The notes: generated from the sequence alone by a model not told the origin. Shown: positions 39,830-53,924, counted from the first letter of the stretch. The stretch is DNA of 64,000 nt from Promethearchaeota archaeon (GCA_019057795.1 JAHLWS010000056.1:17582-81581); one strand, 5' to 3'. A program made the numbers and translations.

Positions 39830-40729
39830 TTGATTATAGATTCACATTGCCATATTTGGGATAAATCCATCATAAGTGGAAGTTTTAAGAAGTTAATTGA
39901 TGATGGAGCTAAGCAAATGGGTTTATCAGATCCTTCAACGTTATATGATGGATCAGTAGAAAGATTAATTAGAGAGATGGAAGAAGCAGGAATTGATAAA
40001 ACGGTTATATTAGCATTAGATGGTCATATTGCTTTTACGGCTAATTTAACTTATAAAGATTACAACGATTACGTTGCAAATATCATTAATGAATATCCAG
40101 ATAAATTAATAGGATTTGCGGGAATTGATCCTAGAAGAGGTAAAGAAGCTATTCAAGAACTTGAAAGGTGCGTGGAATTGGGATTGAGAGGTCTAAAACT
40201 TTGGCCGTTAACTGGATTTTATCCAGATGATCTAAATTTTTACCCCTTTTATAAGCGCGTACAAGAATTGGAGATTCCTGTTCTGATGCATACAGGGTCA
40301 GGACCGCCAGGTACATACATAAAATATTGCCAACCAATTTATGTTGATAAAGTAGCTATAGATTTTCCCGATATGAAAATAATTATGGCTCATATGGGAG
40401 ACCCTTTTACAAATCAAGCTATATCGGTTGCTAGCAAGAATTTTAACGTTTATCTTGACATCTCTGCTTGGGAACCGGTCTTAAAAAGGGTTCCTGCCGC
40501 CTTTATTCAAACGCTTTTTCAAGCGAAATCAGCGTGTGGTATTGATAAGATACTTTTCGGTTCAGATTGGCCTCTTTTTGTTTCGTTCTTATCTCTTAAA
40601 GATTGGGTAAAAGGTATTAGAAAATTAAAAATACCTCCTCCTCTCAAACTAATGGGATTAACGGACTTTACTGAAGAAGACAAAGACAAAATTCTAGGAA
40701 TAAATGCTGCTAAAGTGCTGGGATTATAA
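39830..40729 (+). CDS. amidohydrolase_2 family metallohydrolase
   Basis: IDSHCH, MHTG, AHMG, FGSDWP. Confidence 0.9.
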   Translation: MIIDSHCHIWDKSIISGSFKKLIDDGAKQMGLSDPSTLYDGSVERLIREMEEAGIDKTVILALDGHIAFTANLTYKDYNDYVANIINEYPDKLIGFAGIDPRRGKEAIQELERCVELGLRGLKLWPLTGFYPDDLNFYPFYKRVQELEIPVLMHTGSGPPGTYIKYCQPIYVDKVAIDFPDMKIIMAHMGDPFTNQAISVASKNFNVYLDISAWEPVLKRVPAAFIQTLFQAKSACGIDKILFGSDWPLFVSFLSLKDWVKGIRKLKIPPPLKLMGLTDFTEEDKDKILGINAAKVLGL

Positions 40730-40766
40730 AAAAAGTAATAATAATAAAAATTTTATTTTTTTGTTT

Positions 40767-42107
40767 TTAAGAAGAAACATTCAAATTATTAAACGCCATA
40801 TATGGAAAAAGAACATTTTCGGAAAACTCCCGCTCTTTAGATATATATAAGCAGTTTTTTACCATTTCAAGTACATTGCCACTAACATTTCCTAGTTTAA
40901 TTGGATTTTGAAACTCGCCGTTTTTAATGTAATATCCATTTCTAATTTCCGCTCCAAAATTACCTGATATATCGTCCGGAGATAGCCAAGAAAACTGTTC
41001 GATGTAATACCCCTCCTTAACATTTGAAATCATCTCCTTTAAGGAAATATCTCCTGGTAATATTTTTAAATTACTGATGCCATTAACTACCGTCCCACTT
41101 TCTGCTCTTCTGGCATTTCCTGTTGAATGTACATTATCTAAAATTGCATATTTCTGATTGTACAACCTATTTCGAAAGACTCCGTTCTTTAAGACTTCTG
41201 TTTCCTGATGAGGATTTCCTTCTGAGTCCCATGAACTCGAATTAAGTCCTCCCTCTAGCAATCCGTCGTCGATTAATGTGATGTTATCGCTTGCAACTTT
41301 GTCTCCAAGATTATAGCGAGAAATTTTTTCAAAATGAGCTTCAGCGAGCACATGGAATCCAATCACGGTATTAATTGCCGCTCTTAAGACAGATGGAGAA
41401 AATATTACAATGGCGTCATTGGCTGGTTTAGGTTCTTCTGCTCTTAATGTATCTTTTGCTCTTCTTGCCCAATTGTTCACTCTTTCGTTAAATTTTAAAT
41501 GTTCTTTCTCTTTATAATATCCAACATCCCAAAACTCAGATAACTCCCCATTTTCTTGTGCCTTTAACGCAAATTCAACAAAGAAGAAGGTTTTCTTAGA
41601 ATCTAAATTTAAGGCATTACTATTTCTTAAGGAGCTGTGATAACTATGAATTCTAAAGCGTCCAAAAGTAGTCTTTACATCTTTTTGCTGGGACGCCTCT
41701 GATATTAACTCCTCTGCTAAATCTTTCTTAATTGCTATGGGATCGTCTAAGATTTTTTTATCTGCAGTATTTAGTTCCGATATATGTTTCTTTTCTGGAA
41801 AAAAATACTTGGTATTTGAATTAAATTTAGATAACATAGCACAAATATCAATATTTTTATCAATTTGTCCTTTATCCAGAGAATTTCCCTTAATTACACC
41901 TATACCAGTTTCATCTTTCTTTTGGGAAAGAATCCGTATAAAATATTCAAAGTCTTTTATTTCTCGCTCATTATCTGCTTGATTTTTCAAGAAAATAGTC
42001 TCGTAAATATTCTTCTCCACAAGATATATCTCGTATTCTTCGATGTTCTTTGATTTCAATCCTTTTTCAATTAAATCTAATCTTTCGTTTGACATTTTTT
42101 CTCTCAC
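40767..42107 (-). CDS. pmbA: TldE/PmbA family protein
   Basis: WDSEG, STGNA, SGNF; paired with tldD. Confidence 0.85.
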   Translation of the reverse strand: MREKMSNERLDLIEKGLKSKNIEEYEIYLVEKNIYETIFLKNQADNEREIKDFEYFIRILSQKKDETGIGVIKGNSLDKGQIDKNIDICAMLSKFNSNTKYFFPEKKHISELNTADKKILDDPIAIKKDLAEELISEASQQKDVKTTFGRFRIHSYHSSLRNSNALNLDSKKTFFFVEFALKAQENGELSEFWDVGYYKEKEHLKFNERVNNWARRAKDTLRAEEPKPANDAIVIFSPSVLRAAINTVIGFHVLAEAHFEKISRYNLGDKVASDNITLIDDGLLEGGLNSSSWDSEGNPHQETEVLKNGVFRNRLYNQKYAILDNVHSTGNARRAESGTVVNGISNLKILPGDISLKEMISNVKEGYYIEQFSWLSPDDISGNFGAEIRNGYYIKNGEFQNPIKLGNVSGNVLEMVKNCLYISKEREFSENVLFPYMAFNNLNVSS

Positions 42108-43498
42108 CCCGGACTCACCAATGCGTTTTTAACTCTAATATAACTACCACCAGAAGTAACGGGAACGAAATCTTCACTACCTTTTCCACATGTCCCGCCA
42201 TCAAGTTTCGTAGGGTCCTTACTTACAGCATCGATATTCTTTAATAATTCAAGAACATCTCCACTTAGAGCTGTAGCCTTCAAAATTTTTGTTTTTTCCC
42301 CATTTTCAATTAGATACGCTTTTTTTGATGTGCATTGCATGCCTCCGCCTAGAGGGTCTTCCATTCCAAAAAACCCATGAACCAACATTATTCCTTCGTT
42401 GATTTCTGAGATAATTTCATTCAGATCATAATCACCAGAACCGAAATAAGTATTTGACATTCTAACATTGATAGGATGGGCGAAACTTTCTCGTCTTCCA
42501 TTTCCTTGAGGGATGGCACTTAAATCTGAGGCAGATCTCCTGTCATATATGTAATTTTTCAATATACCATTTTCTACTAAAACATTGCTACCTGCTTTTA
42601 TTCCTTCGTCATCAAAAAAGTAAGAACCTAATTTTTTCTCTAACGATGGTGTGTCGTAGATCGAGCAGATATTGGAAGCAACTTGCTTATTTAGGTGTTG
42701 TTTTAAATAGCTTCGATCTCTTAATATTTGATCTGCTTCCAAACCATGCCCAAAACTTTCATGAGCAATCAATCCCGCCATTGGGGGGTCTAAAATGATT
42801 GTTCGTCTTCCTGAGGGGGGTAATTCAGCTTTTAACATTTCAAGAGAGTTTTTAACCGTTTTTTCTAATAATTCATAATCAAATAAATCAAAAATTTCAT
42901 ATCCAATCTCTCCAGAAATAATCGAATAATCATAATCAACAACAGATCCTTCTTTAGCAATAGGTAAAACCATAATTCGTACACGTGGAATTACTTGTCT
43001 CAATTTGCATCCTTCATTATTGACGAAGATTCGCTCAATTATAAATTCCATGTACTTTACTTGAACATTAATAATTCTCTCGTCGTAATTCTTGATATAA
43101 CCATATATTTCCCTTACTTTCTTGATTTTATCCTCTATAGGTATGTTCGCAGGATCGATTTTAGGCTTAATCTCTTTGTTTAATTCCCAGCCTTCGAATT
43201 CCGCTATTGCATCTCCCTTTTTGGTCAATTTTGGGATCTTATTTTTAATAACGCCAATATCAGAACTCTCTTCAATTGCTATTTCTTTCCATATTCCTGA
43301 AAATGTACGAGCAACTATACCCGATTTTTTAGTATTAACTGAAAAGTTTTCAGAGGAGCGGGTTTTTGCTATGGTTGTGGACGAAACCGAATCGTATAAG
43401 ATGTCAAAATATTGATCGCGACGATTATAGTGGTTCGTTATTTCTTCAAATTCAGAAAAAATTTCTTCGTAAGATTTGTCACTCACATATTTCACCAA
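42104..43498 (-). CDS. tldD: TldD metalloprotease
   Basis: HESFGHGLEAD, DDEG, GNGRRE, RMSNT, CGK. Confidence 0.92.
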   Translation of the reverse strand: MVKYVSDKSYEEIFSEFEEITNHYNRRDQYFDILYDSVSSTTIAKTRSSENFSVNTKKSGIVARTFSGIWKEIAIEESSDIGVIKNKIPKLTKKGDAIAEFEGWELNKEIKPKIDPANIPIEDKIKKVREIYGYIKNYDERIINVQVKYMEFIIERIFVNNEGCKLRQVIPRVRIMVLPIAKEGSVVDYDYSIISGEIGYEIFDLFDYELLEKTVKNSLEMLKAELPPSGRRTIILDPPMAGLIAHESFGHGLEADQILRDRSYLKQHLNKQVASNICSIYDTPSLEKKLGSYFFDDEGIKAGSNVLVENGILKNYIYDRRSASDLSAIPQGNGRRESFAHPINVRMSNTYFGSGDYDLNEIISEINEGIMLVHGFFGMEDPLGGGMQCTSKKAYLIENGEKTKILKATALSGDVLELLKNIDAVSKDPTKLDGGTCGKGSEDFVPVTSGGSYIRVKNALVSPG

Positions 43499-43605
43499 AG
43501 TTTTAAAATTTAAGTTAGAACTAAGTTAGTTTTATAACAAAAATTATAGTAAAATAATATGTCTAATAATATATAGGTTTAGATGTAAATTCTATTAAGG
43601 TTATC

Positions 43606-45051
43606 TCATTCAATATCCAAAATATCTTTGATTAACTCTTTTTTATTTTCCAAATTAGCTTGTCTTGATATCATAATCCTTTGCGCTTGTGGACTTCCTG
43701 CTCCGTGCATTGATTCCGTCCTATAACTAACAGAAGCCACGCCCATTGTTAAATTTTCAATAAATCTTAGAACTTTATATCTATCCTCAGCGCATGTTTC
43801 TTCACATGTATTAAGATATTTCGCAATTAAACGCCCAATTTCCTCCGATTTAAAGTCTGCTTCAGAGGGCATTGTACAGATTAGCCCCCCAGCTAAATCC
43901 TCAGCAAGCCGCCCTATTTCGTATGGAAAACGAGTAACATTTAGTTTACATACATTTGCCAAAAGCATATCCATTTCAAAGTTTCCTGCTTCCCGCTGGA
44001 ACCCTAACGAACTGCAAGCAATACCACAACAATATAGTGTTTCGTTTAAGTGAACCATTTCCACAATTTTATCTCGTATATGAGATGACTTTTCGGTTCC
44101 ATTGTATTCAGTAATCAAGGATGACGCACCGATGAGTACATCACCTACACCAACTTTACATCCGCCATAGGACTGCCGATGGAAACCAGCGAACCTATTA
44201 ACTAATTTACCTGCAAACTCTATTTCTCCCCTCATAAATATTTGATCATTTGGTATAAACACATTATCAAATATTACAAATATTTCTTGGCCGCCATACT
44301 TGAAGTTTCCAATGTCTAATTTACCAGGTTCCATTTTTCTAGTGTCACACGACTGCCTTCCATATACCAATGTTATTCCCTTTTCATTCGTATTAACGCC
44401 AAAACTTACAGCGTACTGTTCTTCACCGGGTCGTAAAGAAAGAGTGGGCATAATAATTGCTCTATGTGAGTTCAAATATCCAGTTTGGTGGATTTTTGCA
44501 CCGCGAACAATTATTCCGTCATCAATTTCCTCGACAATATGTAAAAAAGCGTCTGGATCAGGTTGGTCTTTAGGTCTTTTGCTTCTATCTCCTTTAGTAT
44601 CTGTCATGGCACCACCCACCATCAAATCTTGCGACTGTACTTCAATCCAATACTTTTTGAAGCGGTTATGGTAATCAGTACCATTTTTTTTGTCCATTTC
44701 ATAGGTTACACTATATAAAGCATTAGCGGTGTCAAAACCTACGCACCTTTGGAAGCAACACGCTGTTTGTTGACCCAATAACCTCTGCATCTTTACCTTT
44801 TTAATTAAATCGTCAACAGATTGGTGAATATGCGTAAATCTGTTAATAGTTTCACCTGTTAAATGTGATGTGGCGGTCATAAGATCTTCATACTCGTCCA
44901 TCTGAGCTAATTCGTAAATCTTCATAACCGTATTGATTGAGGGTCTTATAATAGGGTGATTCCAAAATTCCTTAACTTTTTCACCAAAAATATACAAATT
45001 TACAGGTCGTTTTATGCTTTCTAAATACTGTTCTGGGGTTTTTAAAGGCAT
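43606..45051 (-). CDS. abfD: 4-hydroxybutyryl-CoA dehydratase
   Basis: CFQRCVG, MTDTKGDR, HRQSYGGCK, ESMHGAGSPQAQ. Confidence 0.93.
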   Translation of the reverse strand: MPLKTPEQYLESIKRPVNLYIFGEKVKEFWNHPIIRPSINTVMKIYELAQMDEYEDLMTATSHLTGETINRFTHIHQSVDDLIKKVKMQRLLGQQTACCFQRCVGFDTANALYSVTYEMDKKNGTDYHNRFKKYWIEVQSQDLMVGGAMTDTKGDRSKRPKDQPDPDAFLHIVEEIDDGIIVRGAKIHQTGYLNSHRAIIMPTLSLRPGEEQYAVSFGVNTNEKGITLVYGRQSCDTRKMEPGKLDIGNFKYGGQEIFVIFDNVFIPNDQIFMRGEIEFAGKLVNRFAGFHRQSYGGCKVGVGDVLIGASSLITEYNGTEKSSHIRDKIVEMVHLNETLYCCGIACSSLGFQREAGNFEMDMLLANVCKLNVTRFPYEIGRLAEDLAGGLICTMPSEADFKSEEIGRLIAKYLNTCEETCAEDRYKVLRFIENLTMGVASVSYRTESMHGAGSPQAQRIMISRQANLENKKELIKDILDIE

Positions 45052-45184
45052 TTTTCTATTCTCTTAGATTTTTAATTTATTATTTTAAATAAAACAAGTA
45101 ATGTAATTAAAAATTTCTTTAATATCTCTAAAACAATAAAGTGAAAAAATTAAAGTTTTAAATCGAATGTTCTTTTTGATGGTA

Positions 45185-46066
45185 TTAATGACTATCTTGA
45201 TTCGCTTCTAAATGACGTAGCCTTTTTTCCAAAATACTCATTGTTTCAATTACATTATTCATTGTTTTATGGATTTCTTTGACGCTGTTTTGAACTTGTC
45301 CAATTTGATCTAAGATGAAAGACATTACATCTGATTTTTTTACAGGTTCAGTCAACCAGGTAAAAATTTTATGTAAGAACTTCTGATTATCAAGAGTATT
45401 AATACCTATATTATCATCACTGCAAAAAATATCGATATCGCCAAAAGCAACGACCTTACCTTGCCCAAATTCAGAATAAGCGGCTACTATATGTTGTTGC
45501 TCTTTATCTCTTATCCATTTTTCAGAAGAGGTATTAAAAATTTCTGACCAGAAATTATTTTGATTTGTTTGTAAAAGTGGTTTTGCACCTTTATTTAAGA
45601 AGAGGGAACAAGTTCCACCTATTACAACTTCCCTTAATCCATTAATAATATTATTTTTAGGAAAATTTTGAATATGTAATATACTTGAACGATTATGATT
45701 ATTGGAATTTTGTTCTTTTATAAGATTCTTCTCAAATAGGATACCAAAATTAGGAGCTATATCATTCAAATTAGTTTTTTGAAGATAATCGGCTCCATAT
45801 TCACTTACAAGAATTAAATTCCCTCCAGTTCTAACGTAATTAACAATGTCCTTGATCTCGATGTTTGAAAAGTAATCGTCAATAGGATTGCCCAGAACTA
45901 AAACATCAACATTTTCCAAAAGCTTTTTCGTTACATCTTTATTCTCGTTTTTCTTAATCTTGAGATTTAGATTTTGAAGAAGTTTTAAAAGATCTGAAAA
46001 ATCTGAAAAATCAATATCGAGCATCTCGTTATGATTTAAGTCAAAAAGAATCGTTTTTCTCAGCAT
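45185..46066 (-). CDS. GIFT (GldG/IFT52-like) domain protein with C-terminal coiled coil
   Basis: ILFDxxHNE, VLVLGNP..FS..EI..I..YV..GGNL, NLN....FGI, GKVVAFGD. Confidence 0.65.
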   Translation of the reverse strand: MLRKTILFDLNHNEMLDIDFSDFSDLLKLLQNLNLKIKKNENKDVTKKLLENVDVLVLGNPIDDYFSNIEIKDIVNYVRTGGNLILVSEYGADYLQKTNLNDIAPNFGILFEKNLIKEQNSNNHNRSSILHIQNFPKNNIINGLREVVIGGTCSLFLNKGAKPLLQTNQNNFWSEIFNTSSEKWIRDKEQQHIVAAYSEFGQGKVVAFGDIDIFCSDDNIGINTLDNQKFLHKIFTWLTEPVKKSDVMSFILDQIGQVQNSVKEIHKTMNNVIETMSILEKRLRHLEANQDSH

Positions 46067-46249
46067 TTTTACTTATAAATGTGATAAAAATAAGCCTATA
46101 AAAATTATTGCATAACTAAATCTTTAACAGAAAAATTTTATAACTATTAAAGAATAATCCTTTTTGGAACATATTTTAGATATAAATATCAAATATTAAT
46201 ACCTTATCAACTAAAAAAACAAATGGTTAACACACTTAACGGAATGTGA

Positions 46250-47563
<1,314 letters not shown>

Positions 47564-47606
47564 ACTAATATTTATTTTTTTTACTTTTTTTATTCGTTGT
47601 TGAGGA

Positions 47607-48080
47607 TTATAGAATTTTTTCTAATTCTATTTCATCTCGTATTTCAATATCGTTTGATCCTAAAAAAGGAATTTCGGGTTTTAATCTCCGAGATTGTACT
47701 AGAGCATCTAAATGTATTGCTGCAATTTTAAAACCTCTTTTTTGATAAAAATGAAGTGCATTGATATTATCGTTAGTGATTATAACCCATAATCTCTTAC
47801 AGCCTTTTAAAGTAGAAATTCTCTCAATTTCTTTTAGTAATGCGGTACCAATTCCAACATTTTCTTTCAAACTATTCAATGAAACTATTTCACATTCATT
47901 GCCAATAATGTTATAAATTAGCAAACCTACTCTATGATTTTTATGTATAGCGATTATTCCAGGAAGTTCATTAGCATTATGGACCCTTCCTTTAGAAATA
48001 ATCTTTGTAGATATCCACACTTCTTTTATTAAGTCCATTGCCCACTTACGATTAGATTGATTTAATGGTCTAACTTGCAC
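47607..48080 (-). CDS. GNAT acetyltransferase
   Basis: GIGTALL, TNDNINALHFYQKRGF. Confidence 0.9.
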   Translation of the reverse strand: MQVRPLNQSNRKWAMDLIKEVWISTKIISKGRVHNANELPGIIAIHKNHRVGLLIYNIIGNECEIVSLNSLKENVGIGTALLKEIERISTLKGCKRLWVIITNDNINALHFYQKRGFKIAAIHLDALVQSRRLKPEIPFLGSNDIEIRDEIELEKIL

Positions 48081-48221
48081 ATGTTTTTTTATATCAAAAA
48101 TAGTAAGTTCTCACCTAAAATATGTTCTCTTTGATATACAAACATTATTTACAAGATTTTCACAGATAAATATTATTGAATTTAACTTTACAGAAAAATA
48201 AATTTTCTCTTATACTTCTTT

Positions 48222-48710
48222 TTAAAGTATTACATCTATTAACTCTTTCCAAGACCAAATTGATAGAAATTTAGTTTCTGGAACATTTTTTAATATATCT
48301 TTTAAGAGGATATCTTCAGTTAAAAGAATCCCGTTTAGGGCCGCAGCGCTAGCTGCGATCCAACAATCCATCATGTCAGAATGACCAGCGTGTCGGATTT
48401 TTATAGCAATTTGACTTGCTGTGGAATCGATATAAGAATTAAAAATCTTAACATTCTGAGATGTTGTTATTGTAGGAATTGTCAAAGGATATCTTTTTAA
48501 AATTTTATAATCATTATTTTTTTTATATTCATGAATTAATTTATAGAGGCTTTCAATGAGACAAATGGATGGTAGGTAAACTTCAAAATCATCTAATCCC
48601 TCCTTCCAAATAAGTTTTAATCCTTCATTTATTTTTGTTAGACTCTTTAATTTTATTCCAAACAATGGAAGAATAAAAGAGGTATCCAAAATAAGTCTCT
48701 GGGTTTTCAT
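48222..48710 (-). CDS. vapC: PIN-domain (VapC-like) toxin
   Basis: ILDTS, E, DMMDCWIAASA, LLTED. Confidence 0.85.
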   Translation of the reverse strand: MKTQRLILDTSFILPLFGIKLKSLTKINEGLKLIWKEGLDDFEVYLPSICLIESLYKLIHEYKKNNDYKILKRYPLTIPTITTSQNVKIFNSYIDSTASQIAIKIRHAGHSDMMDCWIAASAAALNGILLTEDILLKDILKNVPETKFLSIWSWKELIDVIL

Positions 48711-48961
48711 TAATCCGTCATCTTTTCTTGTTGCTTACCTTCTTCTTCAATCTCTCTTTCTATTTCTTCCACTGTTCCTTCAGCAATAATAGGCATCTCT
48801 AATAAATCTTCAACAGAATAAATTTTTTTAATTATTAATTCGCCAGGATGGGCTTCTATTAAGATCTCATCTCCAGCTTTAATACCAGATATTTCTCTTA
48901 GTGGTTTTTTAGGAAGGATTTCTCCTTTTTTTCCAACAATAGACTTATCTTGTGTTGTCAT
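48710..48961 (-). CDS. vapB: AbrB/MazE-type antitoxin
   Basis: VGKKGEIL.KK.LRE.SGIKAGD; stop/start overlap with the PIN gene. Confidence 0.85.
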   Translation of the reverse strand: MTTQDKSIVGKKGEILPKKPLREISGIKAGDEILIEAHPGELIIKKIYSVEDLLEMPIIAEGTVEEIEREIEEEGKQQEKMTD

Positions 48962-49041
48962 AAGTTATTTATGTTTCTCGGAATATTTAAATCTTTTCGG
49001 AAAATCCATATTTTTTCATCTAATTAGAAAAATTATATATT

Positions 49042-49599
49042 TTATTTAAAGCAAATTAATCCAAATCGGTAGGCAAAATTAACGGGAGGCCATTCTATTT
49101 CAATATCGACCCTTTTAACTGTTTTGTCGACATCTATCCCTACTGCTTCCATCGAAAATCTTTTTTTATCTGGATAACGACAAGGTATGCCATCATCATA
49201 AGTGCAGTTCTTCCCTTCTTTAAAGCAAATTCTGCAATAACCGTCCCATAAAATAAGCTTTTCGTTGTAAGATTCACTATAATTTTGTAAAAAAGTATTT
49301 ATCTCTTTTCCTAAATAATCTCTGACAATGTCTTTATGGTAAAATGAATTTCTTATCTTTTCTTCGCTGCGTTTTGGAAATTCTAATTTGATTCTTTCTA
49401 CATACTCTTTTAAATTGAATTCGTAATATATTAGAAAGAATTTTTCGTAATGGGAAACCTTTTCTTCAAGATAAGGTGCCTCTGGCGGGCATGCCCACGA
49501 ATGCCCATAGTTAGGGCACTTAAATTTGGGATTATTGCAATAAGTTTGAACTTTGGAATCAAATGTAATATCTTCCAAATATATTTCGACAGCGGGCAC
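49042..49599 (-). CDS. DUF2284 metal-binding protein
   Basis: CPNYGHSWACPP, CRIC, C...CRYP, SMEAVGIDV. Confidence 0.85.
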   Translation of the reverse strand: MPAVEIYLEDITFDSKVQTYCNNPKFKCPNYGHSWACPPEAPYLEEKVSHYEKFFLIYYEFNLKEYVERIKLEFPKRSEEKIRNSFYHKDIVRDYLGKEINTFLQNYSESYNEKLILWDGYCRICFKEGKNCTYDDGIPCRYPDKKRFSMEAVGIDVDKTVKRVDIEIEWPPVNFAYRFGLICFK

Positions 49600-49792
49600 T
49601 TATACTCACTTTAAAATTTACAAAAACTCGTTCAATCTTAATTTGAAAGAATTGTTTAAACAAAAAAAGGTTTATTTTTATCTTTTACAATCAAGTATAA
49701 CTTTAACGAAAGGTATAAGCTTTTTTATTGAATAAAAAATAAATAGAATATAAATTAATTTAATTATTTCTTAAGAAGAGATTCAATAAATA

Positions 49793-50452
49793 TTGGATGT
49801 GAATAAAATGAAATTGTTTAAAGAAAAGATAAACGAGTTGGACGAGGTTAACGGAGAATTTTTATCGCAATCACTAACTAATATTATAACTTTGCATGAA
49901 ATAGTCAACCAATTCATTAATAAAAAGTTTAATAAAGAGGATTTAGAAAAGGTAATTCAAGGAGAAAAAAAGTGCGATAGAATTAAAGAAAAATACGTTC
50001 AAGTCCTTTTTAGAGACAAACGAGCTCTTCCTTTTTTGGTAGAAGACCGATATAATATTTTAATGATGCTCGATGAGACAAACGATAAAATAGAATTTTT
50101 CGCCAGATTTTTTGCTGTCTATCCATTTGATCTTTATGAAGATGTAAAAAAAGAATTTAGTGATTTGAACGATTTTACAGTGGAAACTGTAGAAGAACTA
50201 TTGAATTGTGCTACTCTCATTGAAACAGATTTTAAGGCAGCATATGATAAGACATTTGAAATTGAAGCAGCAAGAAGAAAAGCGCGCAAAGCTAAATTCG
50301 ATTTATTAGAAGTTGTATTCAAAAAGACAGATAACCCAACAAAAATCTACCTAACTTCAAAATTGGTGACATACATATACGAAATAGCACAGTGGGCTGA
50401 AGAAGTCTCTGATTATTTAAGAGGATTAATTATTAAATATCCAAGCAGATAA
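49793..50452 (+). CDS. DUF47 / PhoU-like phosphate transport regulator
   Basis: EKKCD, LPF..EDR, E..SD motifs; directly upstream of a PiT gene. Confidence 0.8.
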   Translation: MDVNKMKLFKEKINELDEVNGEFLSQSLTNIITLHEIVNQFINKKFNKEDLEKVIQGEKKCDRIKEKYVQVLFRDKRALPFLVEDRYNILMMLDETNDKIEFFARFFAVYPFDLYEDVKKEFSDLNDFTVETVEELLNCATLIETDFKAAYDKTFEIEAARRKARKAKFDLLEVVFKKTDNPTKIYLTSKLVTYIYEIAQWAEEVSDYLRGLIIKYPSR

Positions 50453-50462
50453 AAAGGGAAGG

Positions 50463-51446
50463 TTGGACAAAATGGCATTAGAATATATAATAATTCTTTT
50501 TGTGATAATTTCTATAATAATCAGTTTTGGAATTGGTGCTAACGATGAGACAATGGCAACTATATACGGTTCTAAAACTTTAAAGATGAAAGAACTACTT
50601 ATTCTGGCCACTATTCTCTCAATTCTTGGAGCTGTATTGTTAGGCAGCGCAGTAAGTAAGACAGTTGGGAAGGACTTGTTTTCATCTACCATCGAAATAT
50701 CTCACTCCATGGTTTTGACAGTATTGATTTCTACGGCAATATGGTTGATTTTGTCATCTGCGTTTGGATTACCTATTTCTACTACTCATGCTACAATTGG
50801 TGCGATAATTGGAGTAGGTTTATTATTGGGTGGTCCTATTGGTGTAAACTGGCCAACAATTTTAGAATTGGGAATGTGGTGGTTATTATCTCCCATAATA
50901 GGATACATTGTAACATATTATGCTTATAAATTAATCCATAAAACTATAACACCCAAACTTACCGGGTTTAAAAGCTACGAAAGGTCTGAAAAGTTTTTTT
51001 CGTATATGTTATTAGCAGTCATCTGCTGGACGGCTTTTTCTAGAGCAGGTAATGATTGCTCAAACGCCGTAGGAATTGTGGTAGGTGTGGGAATTGGTGT
51101 TGATCTCAATATACTGTTAATTATAACTGGATTTAGTCTTGCAAGCGGTCTAGTGATACTGGGGCGAGGTGTTATAAAAAGCGTAGGAACTATTACAGAA
51201 TTACATCCAAGCACGGCTTTTGCAGCTCAAATCCCTATCGCTGTCATTTTATTTTTTGGAACAATATTAGGTATTCCATTATCTGGATCGCATATGTTAG
51301 TCGCATCATTAGTCGGTTTAGCAAAAGCTAGACGTGCTCCAACGCGTAAAGGTATGTGGAAAATTGTTTCAATATGGCTTTTAACATTTCCTATAGCGGC
51401 AATTCTCGCGATCTTGCTATACTTTCCTATCAATGCTGTAATTTAA
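50463..51446 (+). CDS. pit: inorganic phosphate transporter (PiT family)
   Basis: GAND, GLPISTTH, GND, GIPLS motifs. Confidence 0.92.
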   Translation: MDKMALEYIIILFVIISIIISFGIGANDETMATIYGSKTLKMKELLILATILSILGAVLLGSAVSKTVGKDLFSSTIEISHSMVLTVLISTAIWLILSSAFGLPISTTHATIGAIIGVGLLLGGPIGVNWPTILELGMWWLLSPIIGYIVTYYAYKLIHKTITPKLTGFKSYERSEKFFSYMLLAVICWTAFSRAGNDCSNAVGIVVGVGIGVDLNILLIITGFSLASGLVILGRGVIKSVGTITELHPSTAFAAQIPIAVILFFGTILGIPLSGSHMLVASLVGLAKARRAPTRKGMWKIVSIWLLTFPIAAILAILLYFPINAVI

Positions 51447-51561
51447 AAATATCTTGAATATATTAAAAAATAAGTTTTTCTAAAGTTATTTATTCTAACT
51501 TTGCTTGAAAAAACATGGTATGATAGAAATCTATAGTATATAATAATGCATTTATTTTTAT

Positions 51562-53016
<1,455 letters not shown>

Positions 53017-53096
53017 TCAATTTCCCATTCAAGTGTAAATATAGAAGATTTATTATTTTCGGAGAAAGAAATTAAAATAAAAGTAAGTATAAAGAA

Positions 53097-53924
53097 TCAA
53101 TCCTTCTTTTTATGTGCTTTTATCGAAAAAATCATCGGAACTGAATGCTTTAAAGTTTGAAATTCCCAATATTTCGTTTCTTTGTTTTGTTTCATATCGG
53201 GATGAATCTGAAAAAAACTAAATGGAAATTCGTGGAGAAATTCTAACTCAAAATTAACTTTCAATAATGAATTAATAACATCTCCCATTGGATGAAACCA
53301 ATCGTATGTTTCAAAATTTTGTAATTTAATATTGGGATCGGCGTATGCTTCATCATCTTCATCAAATAGATAAGGTTTTCCTTCGTTAAAGTAATCGTAG
53401 CCAACCTGAAAAGCACTATCGTACTTTTCGTCGATTAAATTACCAAAAGGATGATTTTCAGTAATATAAAAAGTACCACCGGGTTTCAGACAATAATCGA
53501 TTATATCTGCCCATTTATATAAATCTGGCAACCAGCCAATAACTCCATTAGATGTGAAAACGATATCAAATTTTTCGTGTAATATGTCTGGTATATCGTA
53601 AATATTTGCCTTAATAAACTTAGCAGGGATATTTAATTCTTCGCTTAATTCACGAGCAAGCTTAATGGCTTTATCTGAGAAATCAACGCCGGTGACCTTC
53701 GCCCCGAGTCGCGCAAAAGAAAGGGTGTCCATTCCAAAATGGCATTGTAGGTGTAAGAGCGTTTTATCATCCACAATTCCTATTTCTTCTCTTTCGATTG
53801 GAAAAAGCGAAGATTCACCCGATTTGAATCCATCTAAGTCGTAAAATTTGGATTTAGCATTAATCTCAACTAATTCGTTCCATCTTCTTAAATTTGTTTT
53901 GAAATATTTTTCATTATCTTTCAT
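53097..53924 (-). CDS. class I SAM-dependent methyltransferase
   Basis: LLHLQCHFG, VTGVDFS, LKPGG. Confidence 0.9.
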   Translation of the reverse strand: MKDNEKYFKTNLRRWNELVEINAKSKFYDLDGFKSGESSLFPIEREEIGIVDDKTLLHLQCHFGMDTLSFARLGAKVTGVDFSDKAIKLARELSEELNIPAKFIKANIYDIPDILHEKFDIVFTSNGVIGWLPDLYKWADIIDYCLKPGGTFYITENHPFGNLIDEKYDSAFQVGYDYFNEGKPYLFDEDDEAYADPNIKLQNFETYDWFHPMGDVINSLLKVNFELEFLHEFPFSFFQIHPDMKQNKETKYWEFQTLKHSVPMIFSIKAHKKKD

